DNA of 64,000 nt from Trueperaceae bacterium (GCA_965215565.1 CBDCDZ010000004.1:4329474-4393473); one strand, 5' to 3'. Positions 1-9,691 are shown, counted from the stretch's first letter. Made by a program: numbers and translations. The notes: generated from the sequence alone by a model not told the origin.

Positions 1-110
1 GCACCCTCCAAGATTGGGAGCAGGGACGGCGAGAGCCTTCGGGGGCTGCGAAGACGTTGCTCAAAGTGGCGGAGCGTTGTCCTGAGATTTTGCGGGAGGT
101 GGCAGCTTAG
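1..110 (+). CDS. 3' end of XRE/HigA-like HTH protein (truncated by window edge)
   Basis: Frame from nt 3 reads TLQDWEQGRREPSGAAKTLLKVAERCPEILREVAA*, the WEQGRR.PSG.A motif of HigA/NadS-type HTH proteins. Confidence 0.8.
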   Translation, partial: TLQDWEQGRREPSGAAKTLLKVAERCPEILREVAA

Positions 111-181
111 TTATTGGGAGTGGGAGAAGATTGACCTCTCAGTAAAGATAGCGAAGTGGGAAGAGGTGACGGAGATGCTGA

Positions 182-499
182 ATGCAAAAGCATGATGTAG
201 AGATAGAGAAGCGCTACCTAATGCTGAAAGGAGTACTCGAGCAACTCGCTGAGCGCTTTTATGACAATCCAGGTATTCAAGCTTTACGCAAAGAGAACCG
301 TTATGACGTTGTTGAGCAAGTTAAAGACTACGCTAATCATAGCGAATTTAGCATTTCATTCGAGACACTTGTAGATCAGCTTTACGAATTTGACATAGCG
401 ATTTCAAAAGAAGATGTCAAGCACATCCGGTACGTGGCTGACCTCTTAAAAATTCCTTACAAACGCTGGGGTTTTGTGCGTCGCTTGGTTAGAAATTGA
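182..499 (+). CDS. MafI-like immunity protein (orphan)
   Basis: 105 aa, AT-rich; H.E..I.FE.L.DQLYE.DI.IS pattern resembles MafI family. Confidence 0.55.
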   Translation: MQKHDVEIEKRYLMLKGVLEQLAERFYDNPGIQALRKENRYDVVEQVKDYANHSEFSISFETLVDQLYEFDIAISKEDVKHIRYVADLLKIPYKRWGFVRRLVRN

Positions 500-676
500 C
501 CCGGAGATTGTCGGATAGAAATCACCTTTTTCTTCGTCCTAAACGGCTCAAACTGTAGCTCAGACACCTTGCTTTTCGGCTCAAAATTGAGTACAATAAA
601 TTCAAATTAGTTAGACGCTCCAAGCGCAACTTCACCTCTTTAGACAACCTGAATTTCTCGCACAGAGGAGTCACTT

Positions 677-1750
677 TTGCCTGTAGCCGAGCCCATCCGC
701 CCGACCTCAGCCACCTCACGCCCTGCCCCTGCCAAGAAGCCCAAGCTCTGGACCCCTAAGCGTGTCCTCTTCACCCCGGACGCCTTAGAGCAGCCCTTTG
801 GTCAGCAGATGTACGAGCGCATGACCTCTTTAGGTTTAGATATCACCGAACTCAAGAGCAACCGCGTCACGGGCTTGCGCGGCAAAGACGAGCGTGAGAC
901 CTACCGCCTCGCCAAGCAGACCCTAGCGGTGGTCAACGCGCCCCCCAGCATGATGAAGCTCCAGCCCATCCCACCCTCGGCGGACTGGCAGTTTCACCTC
1001 GCTAAGGGCTGCCCCGCGCACTGCCAGTATTGCTATTTGGCGGGCTCCCTGTCGGGTCCACCCGTGACCCGCGTCTACGCTAATTTGCCTGAGATTTTGG
1101 GTCATCTAGCGCAGTACGAGAACGGTCCGACCTCTTTCGAGGTGTCGTGCTACACCGACCCGCTCGGTCTGGAGCACCTCACGGGCAGCTTGTCCGAGTG
1201 CATCAAGTATTTCGGCACGCGCACGGACGGCTCACTGCGCTACGTGAGCAAGTTCGACGCGGTGGACGGGTTGCTCGACTTGCCGCATAACGGTCAGACT
1301 CGCGCCCGCGCATCGGTCAACGCTGAGCTTATCGGCAAGAGGCTCGAGGGTGGCACCGCCCCCGTCTCCGCCCGCTTAGGAGCCATCCGCAAGCTCGCCC
1401 AGGCGGGCTATCCCGTCGGCTTAGTCATCGCGCCCATCATGCCTATCGAGGGCTGGCGTGAGCACTACACCGCCTTGTTCGGCGAGATCGAGGCGACCCT
1501 AGACTTCCCCGTGGACCTCACCTTCGAGCTGATCAGCCACCGCTTCACGCCCGGCTCGAAAGAGGTCTTGGAGGGCTGGTATCCGAACAGCAGCCTCGAC
1601 CTGAGCGAGGAGAACCGCAGCGTCAAGCGCAACAAGTTCGGCGGCACGAAGTTCGTCTACACGAAGGACACGATGAAGACCTTGCGCGAGTTTTTCGAGG
1701 CGGAGATAGCCGTGCGCTTTCCCGAGGCGCAACTTCTGTACTGGACGTAA
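677..1750 (+). CDS. splB: Spore photoproduct lyase family radical SAM protein
   Basis: CPAHCQYC motif, FEVSCYTD motif, KFG..K.VY C-terminus; GAGGAG RBS before TTG. Confidence 0.85.
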   Translation: MPVAEPIRPTSATSRPAPAKKPKLWTPKRVLFTPDALEQPFGQQMYERMTSLGLDITELKSNRVTGLRGKDERETYRLAKQTLAVVNAPPSMMKLQPIPPSADWQFHLAKGCPAHCQYCYLAGSLSGPPVTRVYANLPEILGHLAQYENGPTSFEVSCYTDPLGLEHLTGSLSECIKYFGTRTDGSLRYVSKFDAVDGLLDLPHNGQTRARASVNAELIGKRLEGGTAPVSARLGAIRKLAQAGYPVGLVIAPIMPIEGWREHYTALFGEIEATLDFPVDLTFELISHRFTPGSKEVLEGWYPNSSLDLSEENRSVKRNKFGGTKFVYTKDTMKTLREFFEAEIAVRFPEAQLLYWT

Positions 1751-1817
1751 GCAGATGTACGTGAGGTGTTGGCTGCTGGCGGCTGACACCTCTTCTCTTT
1801 TGGTTTAGGAGACCTCT

Positions 1818-2870
1818 CTGAATCTTCTCAACGTCAAAAAGATTTATCTCGAGCCCGACGTCCCCGCCTATCCACGCGGCATGGAAATCTTAGCCCGCTT
1901 CCCCGACGCGGAGCAAATTGAAATCCCATCTCATTGGAACATCCCCAGCTTGCACGGCAACGAGGGTTCGGTGGACGACTGGGTACGTATCAAGCGCGAC
2001 GTGCTCGTTTTGGGCGTGCGTAAGTCGCTACCTGTGCGTGAAAATGGGCGGAGCGGCGACTTTATCGCGCCGGGCACCGCGAACGGCTGCGCGATGGCCT
2101 GCGCCTACTGCTACGTGCCGCGCCGCAAGGGGTACGCCAACCCCATCAGCACCTTTGTGAATATCGACGCGGTTTGCAAAGCGATTCGCCGTCACGCCGC
2201 TAAACAGCCTCCCAAGCCACTTCTTCAAACCGACCCTAAATGTTGGGTCTACGATATCGGCGAGAACAGCGACTGTTCGGTGGACGCGCTCATCTCAGAC
2301 AACGTCCGCGACCTCGTAACGCTCTTTTGGGAACTTCCGAATGTAAAGGCGTCCTTTGCGACCAAGTACGTCAATTGCGACCTCTTGAACTACGATCCGC
2401 AGGGCAAGACCCGCATCCGCTTCTCGCTCATGCCGCAGAAGATCGCCAAGACCGTAGACGTGCGCACCTCACCTATGAGCGAGCGTATCGCAGCGGTGAA
2501 CGACTTCGTGGCGGCGGGCTATGAAGTACATCTCAACTTCAGCCCGATTATCTTGTACGAAGGCTGGTTAGAGGACTACGCGGCACTTTTAGAAGAGGTG
2601 GACGACGTACTCTCCGACGAAGCTAAGGCGCAGCTCAAGTGCGAGGTCATCTTCCTGACGCACAATGAGGGGCTGCATGAGGTCAATTTAGGGTGGCACC
2701 CGAAAGCCGAAGACCTACTCTGGACGCCTGAGAACCAAGAGGCCAAGGTGTCGAAGATGGGTGGGAGGAATGTGCGGTACAAGCGCGGGTTTAAGGGGGC
2801 GCGGGTGCGGGAGTTTAGGAGGTTGCTAGAGGAGAGGTTGCCGTATTGTGAGGTGCGGTATGCGTTTTGA
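1818..2870 (+). CDS. Second SplB-family radical SAM protein (probable CTG start upstream of ATG 1881)
   Basis: GCAMACAYCY motif, YDIGENSD, EVHLNFSP, C-terminal RYAF; frame open to 1809 with AGGAG at 1807-1811 and CTG at 1818. Confidence 0.8.
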   Translation: MNLLNVKKIYLEPDVPAYPRGMEILARFPDAEQIEIPSHWNIPSLHGNEGSVDDWVRIKRDVLVLGVRKSLPVRENGRSGDFIAPGTANGCAMACAYCYVPRRKGYANPISTFVNIDAVCKAIRRHAAKQPPKPLLQTDPKCWVYDIGENSDCSVDALISDNVRDLVTLFWELPNVKASFATKYVNCDLLNYDPQGKTRIRFSLMPQKIAKTVDVRTSPMSERIAAVNDFVAAGYEVHLNFSPIILYEGWLEDYAALLEEVDDVLSDEAKAQLKCEVIFLTHNEGLHEVNLGWHPKAEDLLWTPENQEAKVSKMGGRNVRYKRGFKGARVREFRRLLEERLPYCEVRYAF

Positions 2871-2995
2871 GCGATGGTTGCGGGTATTTCTCTTCCGACC
2901 TTCGCGCTGAATATTCCACAACTACAACGAGATGTGACCTTTTAGGAGAATTCCGCTCTACGATGTCGTACATTTCTTAACTGGGTGATTCTATT

Positions 2996-3316
2996 ATGCA
3001 AATAGGTGACTATATCATCTTCCCAAGCGGAGGCGCGGCTGTCGCACTCGTTTATATTTTTATTTCCACCGCTATCGGCGTCCTGAGCTGGTTTTTCTAC
3101 CTCTTTCGTGTCGGCGGCGCTCGTTTAGCGAAGAAGCAGTTTCAGACTGACCATCCAGGTATGCGTATCGCTAAGAGCAAATCGTTTCGTCTCGGCAACT
3201 ATAATTATGTCGAATTTCGACTTAAAACGGGGGAGTCCGTCTTCTACCGGATTGCTCGAGAGCAAGAGATGGCGTGGGAAGTATCTAATCCAAATGTGGC
3301 ACAAAGTAGGCTGTAG
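2996..3316 (+). CDS. Hypothetical membrane protein
   Basis: 106 aa with one N-terminal hydrophobic helix. Confidence 0.5.
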   Translation: MQIGDYIIFPSGGAAVALVYIFISTAIGVLSWFFYLFRVGGARLAKKQFQTDHPGMRIAKSKSFRLGNYNYVEFRLKTGESVFYRIAREQEMAWEVSNPNVAQSRL

Positions 3317-3353
3317 TGCTGATTCAACCCAGGGCTGCTCTGCCGAAAAACTC

Positions 3354-3576
3354 ATGATCCCGCCAAGAGACGCTCGAAACGATCAACGAACTCCTCCCTC
3401 AGCAACCGCAAGAGAAGCTCGAGGCACTCCTATCTTGGCTTGAGCAAGAAGACGACGCTTTCAAGGCGCGGCTACGTGCTGACGTTGGCGCTGGTAAGTT
3501 TGACCAACTCATTGCTGATGTGATTGCTGAAGACGAAGCTGGAGAGACCCTAGACCTTGAAGCGTCGTGCGATTAA
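3354..3576 (+). pseudogene. Frameshifted small antitoxin-like gene
   Basis: Frame 3364-3576 reads QETLETINELL...ADVGAGKFDQLIADVIAEDEAGETLDL; ATG 3354 is 1 nt out of frame (ATGATCCCGCCAA). Confidence 0.5.
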
Positions 3577-3643
3577 GGCGTTGCTGAACTTCCCAAGCTC
3601 GAGCGCTAGGATGTCTTCGCGGTTCTCAAGCTATAATCAACCT

Positions 3644-3865
3644 ATGGAACGTATTATGATTGACCCTAATATCTGCAACGGACGTCCGGTTATTAAGGGG
3701 ACGCGCATTACGGTGCAAACTGTGCTCGAGTTTCTAGGTGCGGGCGATTCCATTGAGGACATTTTAGGCGAGTATCCGAGCCTGACACGCGAAGATATCT
3801 TGGCGAGTTTACGTTACGCCTCACGCTTGTCAGCCAACCGCTTTACGCTCGAGCGGGTTGCGTGA
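3644..3865 (+). CDS. DUF433 antitoxin (VapB45-like), leaderless
   Basis: IDPNICNGRPVIKGTRITV motif; TATAAT at 3632-3637, ATG 6 nt later. Confidence 0.9.
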   Translation: MERIMIDPNICNGRPVIKGTRITVQTVLEFLGAGDSIEDILGEYPSLTREDILASLRYASRLSANRFTLERVA

Positions 3866-4204
3866 CCGGATTTCTACTTGATGAGAACTTGCCTGCCAAA
3901 CTTCGCTTTATGCCTTCGCTACCTGTTATTCACGCACGAAATCTAGGAGAAAGTCCTAGCGACACCGAGTTGTGGGCTTATGCGCAAGCGAATGATTTAG
4001 CTGGTTATCACCAAGGACGTGGACTTCTCTGCACGCATTTTGTCTGCTAAGCCGCCGCCTAGGATTGTGCATCTGCGATTTGGCAATTTGCGACTAGCCG
4101 CTTTCCACACGCATCTAGCGCACGTTTGGCCTCGGGTTGAAACGCTGTTAGCCTCCAACAAACTCGTGAACGTCTATCTGGACCGTTTAGAAGCTGTGAC
4201 TTAG
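3862..4204 (+). pseudogene. DUF5615 PIN-like toxin (VapC45-like), frameshifted
   Basis: FLLDENLP...SDTELW in one frame, VITKDVDFS...PPPRIVHLRFGN in the next; extra base near 4003. Confidence 0.85.
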
Positions 4205-4245
4205 AAGCTCGAGCCTCTTTAAACCTAGTTTGCTAAACTAACTTT

Positions 4246-4497
4246 GCGACAACACGAAAACGCAGGTTTATCACCGATGAGGCGAGCAACCCTGTCGCGG
4301 TAATTTTATCCTTGGAAGATTATGCCCACGTTCATGCGATTTTCAAGCCCAACCAGAGCGAAGAGGATGAATTGGACCTCATGCAAAGGACCGCGAATGA
4401 TGCCGCTTTCCCGAGTGATCTAAAGCAAACCATGAAGGACTTCGAGCACGCCGATGCAGGATGGCGGGAGTCCACTGGGTGCTCGAGGTTCGCATAG
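4246..4497 (+). pseudogene. Antitoxin-like gene lacking a start codon
   Basis: Open frame KRRFITDEASNPVAVILSLEDY...MKDFEHAD; TAAACT at 4234-4239 followed 6 nt later by in-frame GCG instead of ATG/GTG. Confidence 0.45.
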
Positions 4498-4566
4498 TAG
4501 ACAAAAAGAGACGCGGATTCCGCTACTGCTGAAATTTGCGTCTTCACAACTTCTGTTCCTAGCCAA

Positions 4567-5679
4567 TCACCCAAACTGCGTCAACCCGACGCTCGGCGTC
4601 GCCCGGTCTCTCTGAATGTCAATCTGCGTCGCCGCCATCTTGAATGCTTGCGAACTCGTCGCGGCGGTCATGCCGGTGACGTAGTCGATGAGGTCATCGC
4701 GGTAGAGGTCCGCTAGGGCGTCGTCGAAAATCTGCATCCCGTCGAGTTTGGAGTCTTTAAGGGCGTCGTAAAGTTCCGCGTTGCGGTCCTCGTCGCGCAA
4801 GAGGTCTTTGATGCGCAAGGTACCCTTCATGATCTCCATCGCGGCGACGCGCCCGCCGTTCATACGGGGCAAGAGGCGCTGTGAGACGATGCCGACGAGC
4901 GAGTCGGCGAAGAGGATGCGCGCCGAGTCGCGCTCGTGCGGCGGGAAGAGTTCCATGACGCGGTTCACCGTGCGCACAGTGTCGAGCGTGTGGAGCGTGC
5001 TGAAGACCAAGTGACCCGTCTGGGCGGCTGAGATGGCGGCTGCCGCCGTCGCGTAGTCGCGAATTTCCCCGATCATGATGACCTCGGGGTCTTGGCGCAT
5101 CGCGGCGACGAGTGCCTCGCTAAAGGAGGGCGCGTCCACGCCGATTTCCCGCTGGACGATGACCGACTTTTTCGCGCGGTGCAGGTACTCGATAGGGTCT
5201 TCCACGGTGATGATCATCTTGTTATGCGAGACGTTGATCTCGTCGATGATGCGCGACAGCGTCGTGGACTTGCCCGAGCCCGTCGGACCCGTCACGAGGA
5301 TGAGCCCCTTCTCCTGGTCACGGAAGTAGTCGATGAGTTCTGGCGCTAAGTTCACCACTTGAAGCTGCGACTCGTCGCTGTTGATGACGCGCAAGACCGC
5401 GCTGACCGAGCCGCGCTGCCGGAACAAGTTGACGCGGAAGCGGCTCATGCCGGGGATGCTGTAAGCGAGGTCCGCTTGGTGCTTCTCTTGGAAAATCGCC
5501 TTTTGCCTATCGTCGCACATGATCTTGACGAACGACTCGGTCATAGCGGGCGTGAGTTGGGTTTGCCCTACGGGAACGAGTTTGCCGCCGACGCGCGCCA
5601 TCGGCGGCAAGCCGGCGTGCAGGTGAATATCCGATGCGCCCTTGGCGACGAACTGGGTGAGCATGTCGTTAAAAGTCAT
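4567..5679 (-). CDS. pilT: Type IV pilus retraction ATPase PilT/PilU
   Basis: ASDIHL, Walker A GPTGSGKSTT, EDPIEY, RQDPEVIMIGEIRD, TGHLVFSTLHT. Confidence 0.9.
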   Translation of the reverse strand: MTFNDMLTQFVAKGASDIHLHAGLPPMARVGGKLVPVGQTQLTPAMTESFVKIMCDDRQKAIFQEKHQADLAYSIPGMSRFRVNLFRQRGSVSAVLRVINSDESQLQVVNLAPELIDYFRDQEKGLILVTGPTGSGKSTTLSRIIDEINVSHNKMIITVEDPIEYLHRAKKSVIVQREIGVDAPSFSEALVAAMRQDPEVIMIGEIRDYATAAAAISAAQTGHLVFSTLHTLDTVRTVNRVMELFPPHERDSARILFADSLVGIVSQRLLPRMNGGRVAAMEIMKGTLRIKDLLRDEDRNAELYDALKDSKLDGMQIFDDALADLYRDDLIDYVTGMTAATSSQAFKMAATQIDIQRDRATPSVGLTQFG

Positions 5680-5734
5680 ATGCCCGTTATTGTAGCGGCG
5701 CGAGAGGGTGTGTGGAGCGCAAATCCTCATATTC

Positions 5735-5846
5735 TAGCAGGTATTATCTGGTCAGAAACACGCTCACTGTAGAAAATACTGCTCAGCACGCACATTATGA
5801 GATGAGGTCTGCAGCACTCCGTCTCAGTATGTTTTGGAACTATTTA
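5735..5846 (+). mobile_element. MITE-like repeat, family A copy
   Basis: TAGCAGGTATTATCTGG...TCTCAGTATGTTTTGGAACT, aligns with the other family A copies. Confidence 0.75.
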
Positions 5847-5981
5847 TAGCAAGTCCAGCGAGAACGCCCCACATAGCTTCATCTGGTCAGACGCCCCTAC
5901 GTCGCAAAGTATTGCCGAGTTGCGCACATCAGGGAATAATTTCCATGTTTGTTCGTCTCGTTAAGCTACGGAACTGCTGTA
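5847..5981 (+). mobile_element. Divergent family A-like element abutting the previous copy
   Basis: Starts TAGCAAG, contains CATCTGGTCAGA, ends GGAACTGCTGTA. Confidence 0.45.
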
Positions 5982-6011
5982 GCAGGTGCTGCAGAAGCGT
6001 TAAACTGACGC

Positions 6012-6623
6012 ATGATCGATATTACTAGAATCCTCAAGACCAAATATCCCACCTGGCCCGGTGACACCGACTTCAAGCTCAAAGACACCGCCAACATGAG
6101 AGACGGCTCGCCTGTCAACATCATGGCGATAAAAACTACGACGCACGTCGGCACGCACCTAGACGCGCCGTATCACTACACGGACGAGGGCGATAAGCTC
6201 GGCGCGGTCCCGCTAGAATTGCTCGTCGGCGACGCGCAGGTTTTACATACGCTCGCTTACGACGCGGTGCCCGCTGAAACGGTCTCGCACTTCGGTTCGC
6301 TGCCAGAGCGAATACTCTTCTTCACCGGGGAGCCCGATGTGTGGACTGACTTTCCCGAAGACTTCACCGCGCTCACGCCGGAACTCATTCACGCGCTGAG
6401 CGAACGCGGCGTCAAAGTCGTCGGCGTTGACAGCCCGAGCGTAGACAAATTCAGCAGTAAGGACTTGCCCGTCCACAAGGCGTGCGCCGAGACGGGTGTC
6501 TACATCGTCGAGGGGCTGAACTTGCAAGGGGTGGACGAAGGGCGCTATCACCTTATCTGCCTGCCGCTCAACATGCCCGACGCCGACGCTTCGCCGGTGC
6601 GGGCCGTCCTCACGAAACCGTGA
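6012..6623 (+). CDS. kynB: Cyclase family protein / kynurenine formamidase
   Basis: HVGTHLDAPYH metal motif, GVDSPSVD, DASPVRA; adjacent to kynU; leaderless (TAAACT 6001-6006). Confidence 0.85.
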   Translation: MIDITRILKTKYPTWPGDTDFKLKDTANMRDGSPVNIMAIKTTTHVGTHLDAPYHYTDEGDKLGAVPLELLVGDAQVLHTLAYDAVPAETVSHFGSLPERILFFTGEPDVWTDFPEDFTALTPELIHALSERGVKVVGVDSPSVDKFSSKDLPVHKACAETGVYIVEGLNLQGVDEGRYHLICLPLNMPDADASPVRAVLTKP

Positions 6624-6633
6624 TCTGGTTACG

Positions 6634-7815
6634 ATGAAGCGCGAAGCCTTCTTACTCCCCAAAGGCATCTACTTAGACGGCAACTCGCTCGGACCGCTTT
6701 CCTACGGCGCGCAAGCCGCTATTGAGCGGCGGCTCAAGCAGTGGCAGGTCTACGGCGTGAGCGCGTGGGAGGAGTGGTTCGCGCTCGCTGAGCGGCTCTC
6801 CCCGGCGCTCGCCAAGCTCGTCGGCGCGAAGCCGAGCGAGGTCATCGCGGCGGGCACCCTGACGGGCAACCTTCACGCGCTACTCGCCACCTTCTACCGC
6901 CCCAAAGGGCGGAGGCGCAACCTGCTCGCCACCTCACTCGACTTCCCGAGCGACCTCTACGCGCTACAAGCTTGGGCGGAGCGTGAGGGCGCGGAGCTTA
7001 AACTCGTCCCCTCGAGAAATCCCTACACCCTCCACCTAGGCGACATCCGAGACGCGCTAACTGACGACATCGCCCTCGCTGTACTGCCTACGGTCCTCTA
7101 CCGGAGCGGACAACTCCTGAACGTCGAAGAGGTCACGGCGCTCGCGAAGAAACGAGGAATCACAATAGGCTGGGACGCGGCGCACTCAATTGGTGCAGCA
7201 CCACATACTTTCCATAAGGCGGGCGCGGACTTCGCGGTGTGGTGCTCGTACAAGTACCTCAACGCGGGTCCGGGAGCGCCCGGCGGCTTGTTCGTCCACG
7301 AGAAACACCATCATCTCAAGCCAGGGCTACCCGGCTGGTGGGGAAATGACAAGGCGACGCAGTTTGAAATGAAACACGAGTTTACGCCCGCTGAGGGCGC
7401 GAGCGCGTACCAGATCAGCACGCCGAGCATCTTGGCGTTAGGGGGGCTCGAGGGCGCATTGGCGCTGTTCGAAGAGGTCGGGATTGAAGCCATCCGCCAA
7501 CGCTCTTTGGGCCTCACGGATTATCTTATTGAACTCGCCGACGAACACTTGCCCGAGATGACGCTACGAACGCCTCGCGACCACGCCGAGCGCGGAGGGC
7601 ACATCGTGTTGGAGCATCCCGACGCCAAACAGCTCAGCGCCACCTTGCGCGCGCGCGACATCATCCCCGACTACCGCGAGCCCAACCTCTTGCGCCTTGC
7701 GCCCGCTGCCCTCTACAACACCGAAGCGGAGTTGGGAGAGGTCGTTGAGGTTCTGAAAGAGCTGTTGGCGAGTGGCAGCTACAAAAAAGTTAAGGCCGAG
7801 CAGCAGGTGACTTGA
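6634..7815 (+). CDS. kynU: Kynureninase
   Basis: IYLDGNSLG, DFAVWCSYKYLNAGPG (PLP lysine), PGWWG. Confidence 0.95.
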   Translation: MKREAFLLPKGIYLDGNSLGPLSYGAQAAIERRLKQWQVYGVSAWEEWFALAERLSPALAKLVGAKPSEVIAAGTLTGNLHALLATFYRPKGRRRNLLATSLDFPSDLYALQAWAEREGAELKLVPSRNPYTLHLGDIRDALTDDIALAVLPTVLYRSGQLLNVEEVTALAKKRGITIGWDAAHSIGAAPHTFHKAGADFAVWCSYKYLNAGPGAPGGLFVHEKHHHLKPGLPGWWGNDKATQFEMKHEFTPAEGASAYQISTPSILALGGLEGALALFEEVGIEAIRQRSLGLTDYLIELADEHLPEMTLRTPRDHAERGGHIVLEHPDAKQLSATLRARDIIPDYREPNLLRLAPAALYNTEAELGEVVEVLKELLASGSYKKVKAEQQVT

Positions 7816-7949
7816 AAGCCCGCTGCTCTTGGCCCATTCACCCCGGTTGAACTAACCCAAACGCCCGACTCAAACGCTTCACGTTAAAAAACCCTCGAGT
7901 TTTAGCTCACCACCTCACCCCGGACAAATGCGCCATAATACTGGGTGTT

Positions 7950-8915
7950 ATGACCCAGCGAGGCGCGATCACCAAAGCGAGACGTTTAGCGAGCCTACCC
8001 GAACTCCTCGAGCGAAAACCGCGCACGACCACCGAACTTGCTGAACTTTTTGGCGTTCCGAGGCGTACAGTTCAGCGCGACTTAGAGACGCTGCGTGAGG
8101 AAGGCTACGAGATTGACAGCCCTGCGCGCGGCCTCTACCTCATCCCCTCCAACCCCTCGAGTCTCAACGCCGTCGAAGCGCTCGCCGTCCACGCCGCCAC
8201 CAGGCTCCTCTACCACCACGCCCCAGCACGCAACCCGCACTACCGCTCCGCTTTAGAAAAGCTCGCCTCCTTGCTACCAGAACCGGCGCGAGGCGTCGCG
8301 CTGAGCAGCGTAGAGGCGCTGGGTGAGCGCCCTCCCGACGACAGGGCGCTCGAGCTTGCCGCTCAAGCGTGGTTCGAAGGGCGCGTGCTCGGGTTCGAGT
8401 ATCTCTCGCCGAGCGGCTCGGGCAAGTGGCGCGCTAAAGCGCTAGAGATTTATATGATCGAGATCAACCGGGCCAACCTCGCCCCCTACGCCATCGGTTT
8501 CGAGCGCAGCTTTCACAAAAGGATACTCACCTGGAAGCTCTCGCGAATGCGCAACACGCGCCTACTTGGAGACACCTACACCATCCCTCAGAACTTCGAT
8601 CCGAGGGACTACTTAGAGACCGCTTGGGGTGTCATCGGCACCAGTGGCGGAGAGACCGTAGCCGTGAAGTTGCGCTTCGCACCCGAGGCCGCTCACCGCT
8701 TACGTGAAGGCGGCTACCCGAACATGAGCATCGAGCGGGAACTAGCCGACGGCGCTTTAGAGGTCTCCATCCAGGCTGGCACGAACGACGAAGGGTTCCC
8801 CTTAGAGCTTCTCCCCTGGGTGCAGAGTTGGGGTCCGCGCGTCGAGGTGCTAGAACCCGCGAACTTGCGCGAACGCTGGTTAGAGGAGGCCCGGCGCGTC
8901 GCTGGGGTATACTAG
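7950..8915 (+). CDS. HTH-WYL-WCX transcriptional regulator (YafY/PafBC-like), CRISPR-adjacent
   Basis: N-terminal wHTH (ELAELFGVPRRTVQRDL), WYL region (WKLSRM), C-terminal WGPRVEVLEPANLR. Confidence 0.9.
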   Translation: MTQRGAITKARRLASLPELLERKPRTTTELAELFGVPRRTVQRDLETLREEGYEIDSPARGLYLIPSNPSSLNAVEALAVHAATRLLYHHAPARNPHYRSALEKLASLLPEPARGVALSSVEALGERPPDDRALELAAQAWFEGRVLGFEYLSPSGSGKWRAKALEIYMIEINRANLAPYAIGFERSFHKRILTWKLSRMRNTRLLGDTYTIPQNFDPRDYLETAWGVIGTSGGETVAVKLRFAPEAAHRLREGGYPNMSIERELADGALEVSIQAGTNDEGFPLELLPWVQSWGPRVEVLEPANLRERWLEEARRVAGVY

Positions 8916-8916
8916 G

Positions 8917-9029
8917 TAGCAGGTATCATCTGGTTTGAGACGCTCCCACTTTGAAGAACACGCTCTAGCACGCACGTTCAGAGATGATATCTGCGGCACT
9001 TTGTCTCAGTATGTCGTGGAACTGCTGTA
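8917..9029 (+). mobile_element. MITE-like repeat, family A copy
   Basis: TAGCAGGTATCATCTGGTTTGAG...GGAACTGCTGTA. Confidence 0.8.
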
Positions 9030-9114
9030 GATAGCGCATGTTCGTGAGGACGTTGACAACTCATGCTCGAGACTTAGAAGGGGTAAAACGCTAGTTTTGC
9101 CGTCTGGGTCTAGT
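9030..9114 (+). promoter_or_regulatory. CRISPR array 1 leader
   Basis: AAAACGCTAGTTTTGCCGTCTGGGTCTAGT nearly identical to the sequence before array 2. Confidence 0.8.
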
Positions 9115-9691
9115 CTATTCCCCACGTGTGTGGGGATGAACCGCGAGCATCGCCAAACGCAAAGAGTACATCAAACTATTCCCCACGTGTGTGGGGATGA
9201 ACCCACTGGGCAGAGTTGCCCCGTGAGACGTTGCAACTATTCCCCACGTGTGTGGGGATGAACCGCTCGACAAGGCGCGTTCACAGTCGTTAAGAGACTA
9301 TTCCCCACGTGTGTGGGGATGAACCGAACTTAGCCGCGTCGGTCTGCTCGTAAGCGTCCTATTCCCCACGTGTGTGGGGATGAACCGTAACGAGCTGAGC
9401 GATTTACTATATTGCATTGCTATTCCCCACGTGTGTGGGGATGAACCGCTGGCTGTTTCACAGCAAACTAGGATACGCGACTATTCCCCACGTGTGTGGG
9501 GATGAACCGCGGCGTGCTGCGCCTGGACACCTCGAACGTCACTATTCCCCACGTGTGTGGGGATGAACCGAGGTTTACCTCAAGTTAGCGCAGGTTAGCG
9601 AACTATTCCCCGCGTGTGTGGGGATGAACCGTATCAGTGGACAACGCTCAGCCAATATATTCCCTATCCCCACGTGTGTGGGGATGAACCG
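9115..9691 (+). CRISPR. Type I-E CRISPR array 1: 10 repeats, 9 spacers of 32 nt
   Basis: Repeat CTATTCCCCACGTGTGTGGGGATGAACCG, 61-nt period; R2 ends in C, R9 has A>G, R10 lacks one T. Confidence 0.98.

Noticed and set aside
9388..9419. Spacer 5 resembles ACGAGCGAGCGATT upstream of cas3 (self-regulation)
   Set aside because: Needs a gap, PAM-proximal bases mismatch and there is no AAG PAM; compatible with chance
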